From assembly GCA_028282585.1 (NCBI GenBank), contig JANQHR010000009.1:1-27098 (forward strand): a stretch of DNA of 27,098 nt, given 5' to 3'. Origin of the DNA: Bacteroidales bacterium. GTDB taxonomy: Bacteria > Bacteroidota > Bacteroidia > Bacteroidales > UBA12077. How positions within the stretch are numbered: position 1 is the stretch's first letter; every line of letters starts with the position of its first letter. The translations under genes were made by a program, and so were the position numbers. Positions 16,486-26,900 of this stretch are shown in pieces. Below the pieces are notes generated by a model. That model was not told the DNA's origin, did not search any database, and saw only the letters and a list, made by a program, of their open reading frames with translations.

Positions 16486-16899
16486 ATGGAAACAGTCGAA
16501 ACGATAAGAACAACTTATACCGGACATTTAAGAACAGAAGCTATTCATGTTCGATCTGGCAACAAATTGATTACAGATGCACCCGTTGATAATCATGGAA
16601 AAGGAGAAACATTTTCTCCAACCGATTTGTTAGCGACCTCATTAGCAAGCTGTATTTTCACCATAATGGGAATAAAAGCGGAAGCAAGCGGTTTTAACAT
16701 TAATGGAGCAACGGCAAAAACGTGGAAAATAATGTCAGAAAACCCAAGAAGAGTAGCCGAAGTAAAAATCGAATATGATTTTACCTTGTGCGATCTTACA
16801 GATAAACAGAAAAAGATATTACAAGCTTTGGTAAAAGTTTCTCCGGTACCATTAAGTGTGCATGATGAAACCAAACAGAATGTTACATTAAAATTCTAA
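16486..16899 (+). CDS. OsmC/YhfA-family protein
   Basis: TDAPVDNHGKGE.FSPTDLLA.SLASC motif; C-terminal SPV where the family usually has CPV. Confidence 0.9.
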   Translation: METVETIRTTYTGHLRTEAIHVRSGNKLITDAPVDNHGKGETFSPTDLLATSLASCIFTIMGIKAEASGFNINGATAKTWKIMSENPRRVAEVKIEYDFTLCDLTDKQKKILQALVKVSPVPLSVHDETKQNVTLKF

Positions 16900-16906
16900 A
16901 CTAAAA

Positions 16907-17214
16907 ATGAAACATATAGGTTCTGTTAATTATAAAAAAGGTACTTAGCCCGAAACTTTAAATTCGTTTTGGAGCCATTCAACAGACGGTTATGGGACAG
17001 GAAAAGCAACAAGTGGGCCTGAAAAGGGCTTTGAGGGTGATTATAAGATCAAATACTATGATCATAATAGCGAAATTATTGCAGAAAGGGATTTGTAAGT
17101 TGTAAAAAAGATTGCTATGATATTTATTGAATAAAGGATGAGAAGTTGATGGATGTAGGCTGTGGGCCGGAAGCTGGTGATTCTTTAACTGCTGGTTGGC
17201 AAAATAAAGTTTAA
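16907..17214 (+). pseudogene. Pseudogene of a ~100-aa hypothetical beta-rich protein
   Basis: A-rich leader and ATG 16907. Reads MKHIGSVNYKKGT*PETLNSFWSHSTDGYGTGKATSGPEKGFEGDYKIKYYD...ERDL*VVKK, frameshift, DCYDIY*IKD...LTAGWQNKV*. Stops at 16946, 17096 and 17128; followed by a terminator. Confidence 0.7.
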
Positions 17215-17233
17215 GAAATAATTAAAATATTGG

Positions 17234-17266
17234 AAAGAGCTGTTGATTATCATCAGCTCTTTTTTT
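17234..17266 (+). terminator. Intrinsic terminator after osmC and the pseudogene
   Basis: AAAGAGCTG-N11-CAGCTCTTT followed by a T run. Confidence 0.85.
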
Positions 17267-17398
17267 ATGTAAATAATCGACTCATTAATAAAAATGTAAC
17301 TACAAAATATAGTTTTAAAATATTTTTGTTCTATTTTTAACTTGTTATTAATCCATAGCTAAAAGAAGCTATTTAATTTATTTACCAATTTTTAATAT

Positions 17399-20300
17399 AT
17401 GAGAAAATTACTACTTTCCTGTTTATTATTATTTCTATTTACTTCAAATTCTTTGGCTCAAGAATGGATAGAATTGGGGAAACAATCTTCTTTTAGATAC
17501 AATAACAATGCTAATCAGCATTACGGAGAATCTGTTTCGGTCGATGGTGATTATGCAGTTGTAGGTGGTCATCATTTTTTCAATAGTCCGGGAAATGCTT
17601 ATGTATTATTTTTTAATGGAGCAAATTGGGAAAAAATTGCCAAACTAACACCTTCTTATAGAAATACATATAAGTTTGGATGTTCTGTGAGTATTTCCGG
17701 AGATATTATTGTTATTGGGGCATATGATACTTTTACGTCAGGCGAAAATTCAGGGGCTGTTTTTGTTTATAAAAAGCCTGTAACTGGTTGGGAAGATATG
17801 ACCGAGACTGCCATGCTTTTAGCTTCAGATCGTGCGAATCAAGATTATTTTGGAAGTTCAGTTAGAATTAAGGGAGATAATATAGTAGTAGGTGCATATG
17901 GTGATGATGATAATGGTGAGCAAAGTGGTTCTGTTTATGTATTTAGTAAACCAACTGATGGCTGGAAGGATATCGAAGAAACGGCAAAACTTAAACCAAC
18001 TGATGGAGCGAGTAATGATGATTTCGGGAGATCAGTGGCAATTTCAGAAGATTATATTATAGTTGGGGCAAACGGATGTGATGTTAATGGAAATAAAAGT
18101 GGATCTGCATACATATTTGAAAAACCAATTGATGGTTGGAAGGATATTTCAGAAACAGCCAAATTATCTACTACTGATGGTGTTGATGGAGATTATTTTG
18201 GATATTCAATAGATATATCGGGAGATTATATTGTTGTAGGGGCTTACAGAGATGATGATAATGGAGAAGAAAGTGGGTCAGCATATTTATATAAAAAACC
18301 AGCAAGTGGCTGGACTGACAAAACAGAAGATGCTAAATTATTGCCTTCAGATGGAGATTTAGATGAGGCTTTCGGTTATTCTGTAAGTATTTCTGGCGAT
18401 AATATTGTTGTTGGTGCATATTGGGATAATGAAAATGGAAATAAGAGTGGTTCTGCTTATATTTTTGAAAAACCAATAACAGGATGGGAAAACATGACAG
18501 AGACAGCAAAATTTTTAGCTTCGGATGGTGCGGCCTTGGACAACTTTGCAAGTTCTGTTTTTATTTCAGAAGATAATGTATTCATCGGTGCTTCTGAAAA
18601 TGATGGTTCTGAATATAATAGTGGTTGTGTTTATATATTTAAAAAACCAGTAGGTGGATGGGAAAATTCAACAGAAACTTTTAGAACATATCCAGTAGCT
18701 TTCTCAAATGAGTTTAACGATTATGGAAAAGTTTCAATAGATGGAAATTATTGTGTTGTTGGATCACCTCATGTAAAAAATGGAGAAGGTTGTGCATATG
18801 TTTTTTACTTTAATGGTACAAGTTGGATTCAAAAAGGAATATTAACTGCATATAATGGAAGAGAAGATGATAACTTCGGGCATTCCGTTAGCATTTCAGA
18901 CGATATAATTGTGATTGGAGCTAAGTATGGAGATGTTAACCATGATAATAGTGGATCTGTATATGTTTTTAAAAAACCTGCCGGTGGATGGAAAAGTATG
19001 ACTGAATCAGCTGAATTAACTTCATCAGCGAGTGCAACAAATCAATGGTTTGGGTCAAGTGTAGCGGTATATGGAGATAATATTGTTGTAGGTGCGTATG
19101 GTGATAACTCGGTTTTTGTTTTTGAAAAACCTGAGAGTGGTTGGGCTGATATGACTGAATCGGTTAAACTAACTGCTTCAGATGGAAATACAGATGATTT
19201 ATTCGGTTATAGCGTAGATATTTTTGATACGGAAATTATTGTGGGAGCTTACAACAATGATAACAAAGGTTCTGCATATGTTTATACAAAACCTGAGAGT
19301 GGTTGGATAGATATTACAGAAGCTGCTAAGTTAGAAGCATCAGATGGTTTATTAGATGATTATTTTGGATACTCGGTTAGTATATCAGAAGATGTAATAG
19401 TAGTTGGAGCATATGGCGATGATGATTTCGGTAATAATAGTGGATCAGCTTATATTTTTGAAAAACCTAAGAATGGTTGGATAAATAGCAATGAAACGAT
19501 GAAAATAAATGCTTCAGATGGTAAAGTTGAAGATTATTTTGGGCATTCGGTTAGTGTTGCCGGGTCTCATATGATTATTGGTGCATCAGGAGATGATGAT
19601 TTAGGTAATGAAAGTGGTTCTGTATATGTATATGAAAAACTAGCCAATGGATGGGTAAATGACACCGAAACTTTTAAATTAACTGCATCTGATGGTAGCG
19701 AAAATGGAAAATTAGGCTCTTACCTTGATGTTTCTAATGAAATTTTTGTTGTTGCGGCACCATGGAATAATGATGTTTTTACCAATCAGGGCTCAGTCTA
19801 TTTATTTAAATGTAATAAGTATTTCAATGTAAGCGATGTAGAAGTTTGTTCTGAAGATGATGCTACCTTTATTTTAGAATCAAATAATGTATTAGGGCAA
19901 ATAACATATCAGTGGCAGGTAAAAAATAATGATAACTGGGAAAATTTAACTGATGAGACTAATGATACGCTTATTATTAGGAATGTAGCACTGGGTTTAA
20001 GTAATAATAAATATCGTTGTATAATTTTTGGAGCAGATACTGATACAAGTGAAGTTGCTACATTATCAATAAAACCTTCATACTATATTTATGAAGATGT
20101 TATAGTTTGTGAAGGTGAAAGCTATACTTTCCCAGATGGAGCTACAGAAAATAATATAACAACGCAAATTGTTCACGTAAGTAACTTACAAACTATTTTA
20201 AGTTGTGATAGTATCATTGAAACTAAAGTCAACGTAATTCCACCAAATAAACATGCCGATACAGTTTCCATTTGTTATGGTTCAAGTTTTACTTTTCACG

Positions 20301-23300
20301 ATGGTACTACACAAGATAGCATCACATCACAACTAACTCATGAGAACATTTTTGTTAGTGTTTTGGGTTGCGATAGCATTATTTCAACCACTGTAATTGT
20401 TAATCCGGATTATGATTTAAAAGAAACCGTTTCAATTAATGGGGGAGAGAATTATATATTTCCGGATGGTACAATTCAAAATAATATTGATTCTAAAGTT
20501 GTTCATAAAAGCTACTTAAAGTCAGTTGCCGGATGCGATAGTATTATAGAGACAATAGTCTACCCAAGTTATTTATCGCCAGCTACACCTTTTACTCGAT
20601 ATTTGAAATATAATAAAGGTTTAAGCACTGGTTACGGAACTAGTGTAATTGAAACTGGCAATAATGAACTCTTTATTGTAGGGATTAATGGACGAAGTGG
20701 TGATTATACAAATCATGGTTCAATGTACCTAATTAAAACAGATAGTTTGGGTAATGAAATTTGGAGTAAGATATATAATGAAAATTATGTTACTTATGGA
20801 CTCCAAGGATTATCTACTCAAGATGGTGGTTTTGTTGTCTTGGGCAGAACAGAATTAGTTGATGATGGCCCTTGGAGAAATGTATTAGTAAAACTTTCCA
20901 ATGATGGTGACATTATTTGGACGAAACAATATGGAGATTCAATATATGTAGAATGTTTTTATGAAACCTTGGATAATGGTTATATTATGGCTGGTGGAAG
21001 TGGTGATCTAGTTAAAACTGATGAGTTTGGCGAGATTGAATGGTATAAAGATAAGGATGATCATGGTTATAATGATCCCATGGATATTATCCAGTTAAAG
21101 GATTCAACATATGCTAGTGCAAACAAAGGAGGTGTATCAGGTTATAGTAAACTCGGAGTTGAAGAGTGGCAATATGATTATATTTCCGGGGGGTATTATA
21201 TCGACGATTTTCATTCTCTTGTTGAAACAACTGACAGTTGTATTATTGCTGTTGGGGAGTGTGAAAAGACAGGAGAACTAAATGTTGTAAAATTAGAAAC
21301 GAATGGAGAGCTGGTTTGGCAGAAGTTATTTCCTTACCAGGCTTCTTATAATTTTGATTATTATGCAAGGCCGGTTACTATAACAAAAACAGGCGATGGC
21401 AATTTTTACATCGGATTTAAATCATCTGGAATGAAAATTATAAAGATTGATACTGATGGGAATGAGATCCCTGTTCAATTTGAATATGGCGAAGGAATAA
21501 ATATTAATGATATTATCGAGACTAAAGATAAAGGAATAGTTTGTATTAGCAGTTTAAAGGGTAATAGTGCAAGGTGGAGGTATTTTATGATGATGAAATT
21601 TGACAATCAAGGAAATAGATGCCATAATTATATTACTACCCATACAGAAACGATTAATCAAGGCGAATATGCTTCTTTTAATACAGATGCTACTGATGTT
21701 TTATTCTGGAGTATTAATAACGTAGAAATACCATTTACAAATACAACTGAATTTAGCACAAATTATATTGTTGATCAGGATGTTATTATGTGTGAAAGCC
21801 TAGGCTGTACTTCCGAAAACTGGATAAAGATGAGAGTAACCACAAACGATTATTCATATAATTCAGTTCTTTGCGAAGGAGAAGAATTTACTTATTCGCT
21901 TTTAAATCAAAAAGATGGAGTAACTTTTCAATGGCAAGAAAATACAGGTAGTTCATGGTTGGATATTTATGGAGAAACGAATGATACCCTAATTATTCCA
22001 AATGTAACTTTAGATATGGATGGCTATCAGTATCGTTGTATAATTTCAGGTACTGAAAATGACACAAGCGAAGTTGTTACGTTAACTGTAAATCCTACGT
22101 ATGATTTAACCGAAACGGTAACAATAAATAGTGGAGAAGATTATAAGTTCCCTGATGGAACGGTTCAAGAGGATATAACATCGCAGGTAGTTCATACAAG
22201 TAATTTGCAAAGCGTTTTTGGTTGCGATAGTGTTATCGAAACAACTGTAAATGTTGGTTGTATGGCATATAACTTATCTGAATCGGTTTCAGTTTGTTAT
22301 GGTGGAAGCTATAAATTTCCTAGTGGTATGGTTATCGCGAATATAACCTACAATTTTCTGTATACAAGCAATTTAGTATCATCTCTTGGCTGCGATAGTA
22401 TCATCGAAACAACAATAAATGTGAAACCGGTTTATAATTTAACTGAAACTATAACTATAAATAGTGGCGATGATTATACCTTCCCTGATGGAACAATACA
22501 GACCAATATTACCTCGCAAGTTGTTTATACAAGTTGTTTACAGTCCGTTTTTGGTTGTGATAGCATAATTGAAACTACTATAAATATACATGTTGGTTGT
22601 ATGGCATATAACTTATCCGAATCGGTTTCGGTTTGTTATGGTGGAAGCCATAATTTCCCGGATGGTACTATTCAACAGAATATAACTTCTGATCTTATTT
22701 ATAAAAGTTATTTAGTATCATCCTTAGGCTGCGACAGTATTATTGAAACAACATTAAATGTTATCAACTCTACGAATTCGACGTTGGATATTTCGACTTG
22801 TAATAGCTATACTTCACCAAGCGGTAAAATTTTAAGTTCTACCGGGATTTATTATGATACAATTCCAAATCATATGGGGTGTGACAGTATTATAACAATT
22901 AATATGGAAATTAATGATCATATGGAAACAAGTATGTCGGCAACGATCTGCGAAGGAGAATCTTATTTATTTTTTGGCACTCGCCTGGATGAAGAAGGTG
23001 AATATGAGTATGAAGAAAAATCCGGAACATGCAGCCATAAGTATTTATTAGATCTTGATGTAATTGATAAGCCGGAAAAACCTTCTAAACCTGATGGAAA
23101 ATCTAAGTTGTGTGTTAACCCAGGAGGTGAAATATATACGACTGAATCAAATCATGCTACTTATTTTGAATGGTCACTTGAACCCAAAGAGGCAGGAATT
23201 ATTTATGACGATGATGAATTTATAAGTGTTTTTTGGTCTAATGATTTCTCAGGAAAAGCATATTTGTCCGCTAAATCGTTCAATAAATGTGGTGAGAGTA

Positions 23301-23818
23301 ATTTTTCTGACTCCTTGGAAATTATCATCCAACCAAACCCCGAAGCAGATTACACTTTTGAAAGGAACCAACTTGAGGTTTCGTTTATCAATTTATCTTC
23401 AGATGCTGAATCTTATCAGTGGCAAATGGGTGACGGAAATAGTATAAACACTTCAGAAACAGACCGTTTTTCTTATACTTTTAAATCTTCAGGTACATTT
23501 GATGTTGTTTTAGTAGCAAGAAGCTATATCTGTGAGGATATTTCTACTATTACCCAGCCGGTAGCTGTTTCATTAACGACAAGTATATATGATATCGGGA
23601 ATGAGCTAAGCGTTTATCCTAATCCTGTAAATGACAGAATTTATATTGATTATGATAAAGGAGTATTTGTGGAATTTTACAATTTATTGGGTATAAAAGT
23701 TTTAGAATCAAGAAAAACGGAGATAGAAGTTGCTAACTTAATTAATGGAACCTACATCGCTTTAATAAAGAACGATAAAGGCGAATTAATCCAAAGAGTA
23801 AAGATAATTAAAGAATAA
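17399..23818 (+). CDS. Giant T9SS-secreted surface protein: 14 FG-GAP repeats, Ig-like, xCDS repeats, additional propeller-like region, Ig-like, xCDS repeats, PKD-like domains, type A CTD
   Basis: SPI signal ending SLA-Q; 14 FGxSV.I.G...VVGA units; two YQWQ/FQWQ...YRCII Ig units; eight xCDS(I/V)I repeats; YQWQMGDG PKD; VYPNP...GTYI..I......KIIKE. Confidence 0.93.
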   Translation: MRKLLLSCLLLFLFTSNSLAQEWIELGKQSSFRYNNNANQHYGESVSVDGDYAVVGGHHFFNSPGNAYVLFFNGANWEKIAKLTPSYRNTYKFGCSVSISGDIIVIGAYDTFTSGENSGAVFVYKKPVTGWEDMTETAMLLASDRANQDYFGSSVRIKGDNIVVGAYGDDDNGEQSGSVYVFSKPTDGWKDIEETAKLKPTDGASNDDFGRSVAISEDYIIVGANGCDVNGNKSGSAYIFEKPIDGWKDISETAKLSTTDGVDGDYFGYSIDISGDYIVVGAYRDDDNGEESGSAYLYKKPASGWTDKTEDAKLLPSDGDLDEAFGYSVSISGDNIVVGAYWDNENGNKSGSAYIFEKPITGWENMTETAKFLASDGAALDNFASSVFISEDNVFIGASENDGSEYNSGCVYIFKKPVGGWENSTETFRTYPVAFSNEFNDYGKVSIDGNYCVVGSPHVKNGEGCAYVFYFNGTSWIQKGILTAYNGREDDNFGHSVSISDDIIVIGAKYGDVNHDNSGSVYVFKKPAGGWKSMTESAELTSSASATNQWFGSSVAVYGDNIVVGAYGDNSVFVFEKPESGWADMTESVKLTASDGNTDDLFGYSVDIFDTEIIVGAYNNDNKGSAYVYTKPESGWIDITEAAKLEASDGLLDDYFGYSVSISEDVIVVGAYGDDDFGNNSGSAYIFEKPKNGWINSNETMKINASDGKVEDYFGHSVSVAGSHMIIGASGDDDLGNESGSVYVYEKLANGWVNDTETFKLTASDGSENGKLGSYLDVSNEIFVVAAPWNNDVFTNQGSVYLFKCNKYFNVSDVEVCSEDDATFILESNNVLGQITYQWQVKNNDNWENLTDETNDTLIIRNVALGLSNNKYRCIIFGADTDTSEVATLSIKPSYYIYEDVIVCEGESYTFPDGATENNITTQIVHVSNLQTILSCDSIIETKVNVIPPNKHADTVSICYGSSFTFHDGTTQDSITSQLTHENIFVSVLGCDSIISTTVIVNPDYDLKETVSINGGENYIFPDGTIQNNIDSKVVHKSYLKSVAGCDSIIETIVYPSYLSPATPFTRYLKYNKGLSTGYGTSVIETGNNELFIVGINGRSGDYTNHGSMYLIKTDSLGNEIWSKIYNENYVTYGLQGLSTQDGGFVVLGRTELVDDGPWRNVLVKLSNDGDIIWTKQYGDSIYVECFYETLDNGYIMAGGSGDLVKTDEFGEIEWYKDKDDHGYNDPMDIIQLKDSTYASANKGGVSGYSKLGVEEWQYDYISGGYYIDDFHSLVETTDSCIIAVGECEKTGELNVVKLETNGELVWQKLFPYQASYNFDYYARPVTITKTGDGNFYIGFKSSGMKIIKIDTDGNEIPVQFEYGEGININDIIETKDKGIVCISSLKGNSARWRYFMMMKFDNQGNRCHNYITTHTETINQGEYASFNTDATDVLFWSINNVEIPFTNTTEFSTNYIVDQDVIMCESLGCTSENWIKMRVTTNDYSYNSVLCEGEEFTYSLLNQKDGVTFQWQENTGSSWLDIYGETNDTLIIPNVTLDMDGYQYRCIISGTENDTSEVVTLTVNPTYDLTETVTINSGEDYKFPDGTVQEDITSQVVHTSNLQSVFGCDSVIETTVNVGCMAYNLSESVSVCYGGSYKFPSGMVIANITYNFLYTSNLVSSLGCDSIIETTINVKPVYNLTETITINSGDDYTFPDGTIQTNITSQVVYTSCLQSVFGCDSIIETTINIHVGCMAYNLSESVSVCYGGSHNFPDGTIQQNITSDLIYKSYLVSSLGCDSIIETTLNVINSTNSTLDISTCNSYTSPSGKILSSTGIYYDTIPNHMGCDSIITINMEINDHMETSMSATICEGESYLFFGTRLDEEGEYEYEEKSGTCSHKYLLDLDVIDKPEKPSKPDGKSKLCVNPGGEIYTTESNHATYFEWSLEPKEAGIIYDDDEFISVFWSNDFSGKAYLSAKSFNKCGESNFSDSLEIIIQPNPEADYTFERNQLEVSFINLSSDAESYQWQMGDGNSINTSETDRFSYTFKSSGTFDVVLVARSYICEDISTITQPVAVSLTTSIYDIGNELSVYPNPVNDRIYIDYDKGVFVEFYNLLGIKVLESRKTEIEVANLINGTYIALIKNDKGELIQRVKIIKE

Positions 23819-23924
23819 AAACTGCAATATAGTTTTGAAAAAATTGATGCATGGATAAAAAAGGATTTTAAAAATTATTTGTACAAACTGTTTTTGAATT
23901 TTGAAACTTTAGTTTATAATTAAT

Positions 23925-26900
23925 ATGAGAAACATGAGAAAAATTTTAATTATTTGCCTGTTATGGGTTTTTGGCTCACAGGTATTTTCACAAAACATTA
24001 CTGAGTTATACAAAGCTTTACCTGAACCTTATGTAAAAAACTATAGTAATTATTTTGGCTGGTCTGTGGCAATTGATGGAGACTATGCTGTTGTAGGTGC
24101 TTGGGGTTATGAAGAGGCTCAGGGTTGCGCTTATGTTTTATTGAAAAATGGAAGTACATGGGAAAAAGTTGCTAAACTTAAAGCATCCGATGGCGCAAAA
24201 AATGATCATTTTGGAACCTCAGTTGGTATTTCAGGTGATCATATTGTTGTGGGATCAGTTCTTGATGATGATAATGGTAATGGTAGCGGTTCGGCGTATG
24301 TATTTACCAAGCCGGCAGGAGGCTGGAAAGATGCTACACAGACTGCTAAATTAACTGCCTCTAATGGTTCCGATTTGGATATTTTTGGCTATTCCGTAAG
24401 TATTTCAGGTGACAATATAGTTATAGGTTCTAAACAGAATGATTATGGTAGCTCCAGTGGTTCAGCTTATGTATTTACTAAACCTGCAAGTGGATGGGAG
24501 GATGCTACTGAAACATGTAAATTAAAAGCATTGGGAGGTACACCTGATGACAAGTTTGGATATGCGGTAAGTATTTCGGGAGATCATATTGTTGTGGGTG
24601 CCTATGAAGATGATGTTGATGGAGGTACTAATGGTTCAGCGTATGTATTTACAAAACCTGCAGGAGGTTGGAAAGATACTACACAGACTGCTAGATTAAC
24701 TGCTTCGGATGGTTTTGTTATGGACGATTTCGGATATTCCGTGAGTATTTCTGGCGATCATATTGTTGTTGGCGCACCGAGTGATTTTATTGTTAGTTAC
24801 CCTTTAGGTTCGGCATATGTATTTACAAAACCTGCTGCTGGTTGGTCAGACACTACTGAGACTGCTAAATTAACAGCATCTGATGGTGCTTCTATTGATC
24901 GTTTTGGAGTTTCCGTAAATATTTCAGGAGATAACATTGTTGTTGGAGCTGAACGGGGCGATGATAATACAAACTTTATTTACGATATTGGTTCGGCATA
25001 TGTATATACAAAACCTGCCGGTGGCTGGTCTGATAATACACAGACGGCTAAATTAATTGCTTCTGATGGTGCAGAAATTGATTATTTTGGACGATCGGTT
25101 AGTATTTCAGGGGATAATATTATTGTTGGAGCTGACCTGGATGATGATAATGGAAATGAGAGTGGGTCAGTGTATTTATATTCTAAACCTGCAGGTTCCT
25201 GGGTAGATGCAAATCAAGATCAAAAGGTTGTGGCAGATGTATATCAAAGCGCTACACAAGATAATTTTGGTTATTCGGTTGCAGTTGACGGGAATTATGC
25301 AGTTGTTGGAAATTATAACTATAAGAAAGGAATAGGACGCGTTATTGTTTTTCATTACAATAGGATAACCTGGGAAAAATTGGCAACCCTAACCGCATCT
25401 GATGGTGCAATGAATGATTATTTTGGATGTTCAGTAGATATTTCAGGCGATTTTATTGTTGCAGGTGCAAATAGGGATTCTGATATAAATCATAAGTATT
25501 ATATTGGTTCAGCCTATGTATTTACAAAACCTGCTGGCGGTTGGTCAGACACTACCGAAACTGCTAAATTGACAGCCTCGGATGGCGCAGAATATGATTA
25601 TTTTGGAACCTCAGTTAGTATTTCAGCGGATAATGCTGTAGTAGGTGCTTACGAAGATGATGATAAAGGGAGTAATAGTGGTTCAGCCTATGTATTTACA
25701 AAGCCTGCTGGAGGTTGGTCAGACACTACTGAGACTGCTAAATTGACGGCCTCTGATGGTGCAGAAAATGATTATTTTGGATATTCTGTAGATATTTCTG
25801 GTGATCAAATTGTTGTGGGATCAGTTCTTGATGATGATAATGGTAATAATAGCGGTTCAGCCTATGTTTTTACAAAACCTTCAGGTGGTTGGTCTGATAC
25901 GGTTGAAAAAGCTAAATTAACAGCAATTGATGGTGCCAGTGGTGACTATTTTGGAAGGTCAGCAAGTATTTCTGGTGATCATATTGTTGTAGGAGCCTAT
26001 AATAATAACAATAAAGGAAATAATAGTGGTAGTGCATACGTATTTACAAAACCAGAAGAAGGATGGAATGATATGAATCAAGCAGCTAAATTAACTGCTT
26101 CCGATGGAGCAGAGAATGATTATTTTGGAAGATCAGTAAGTATTTCAGGTAATCGTATAGTGATTGGTGCAGATAGAGATGATGATAAAGGGAGTAATAG
26201 CGGTTCAGCCTATGTTTTTACAAAACCTTCAGGTGGTTGGTCAGACACTACCCAGACCGCTAAGTTAAACGCATCCGATGGTGCAGAAAATGATTATTTT
26301 GGATATTCTGTAAGTATTTCAGGTGACAATATAGTTTTAGGTGCGTATGGAGATGATGATAATGGATATGAAAGTGGATCTGCATACTTATTTAAATTGG
26401 ATCTTCCAGTAATTAATACTCAACCATTTAACCAGGCAGATGTAAATGCTGGAACAAGCGTTTCATTTATGCTTGTTGCAGATTATGCAGATAGTTACCA
26501 ATGGCAGCATAGTTTAGATGGAGGAAATACTTTTTCAATTATTACGGATAATGAAATTTACAGCAATAGTAACTCTGCAAGCCTTAATGTTGTTTCCGAT
26601 TATGATATGCATCTTTATAAGTACCGTTGTATAATTTCAAATACATGGGATACAGTGGTTAGTGATACAGTAATATTAAAAATTGCAAATGAAGCACCGG
26701 TTAATATTGAATTATCAAATGATGTTATCAATGAAAATCAGCCCGTTGGAACGGCTATAGGGATATTTACAGCAACTGACCAAAATATTAATGATACAAC
26801 CCATACATTTGCTTTGGTTTCCGGTAATGGAGTGAACGATGCTGATAATTCGTCATTTACTATTTCAGGAGACACTTTAAAAACAGTTGCCAAACCAGAT

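Noticed and set aside
16946-17130. Stop-codon recoding (Pyl/Sec) in the region after osmC
   Set aside because: TAA and a frameshift are also present, so pseudogenisation is the simpler explanation.
24148-24354. 68-aa ORF in the track (and 23226-23447)
   Set aside because: Alternative-frame ORFs nested within the long FG-GAP genes. The real frame starts at 23925 and stays open to the window end.
17520-26400. CRISPR array or DGR template/variable repeats
   Set aside because: The repeats are in-frame protein repeats with mainly synonymous differences. There is no repeat-spacer structure, no obvious adenine-specific mismatch pattern, and no cas or reverse transcriptase gene in the window.
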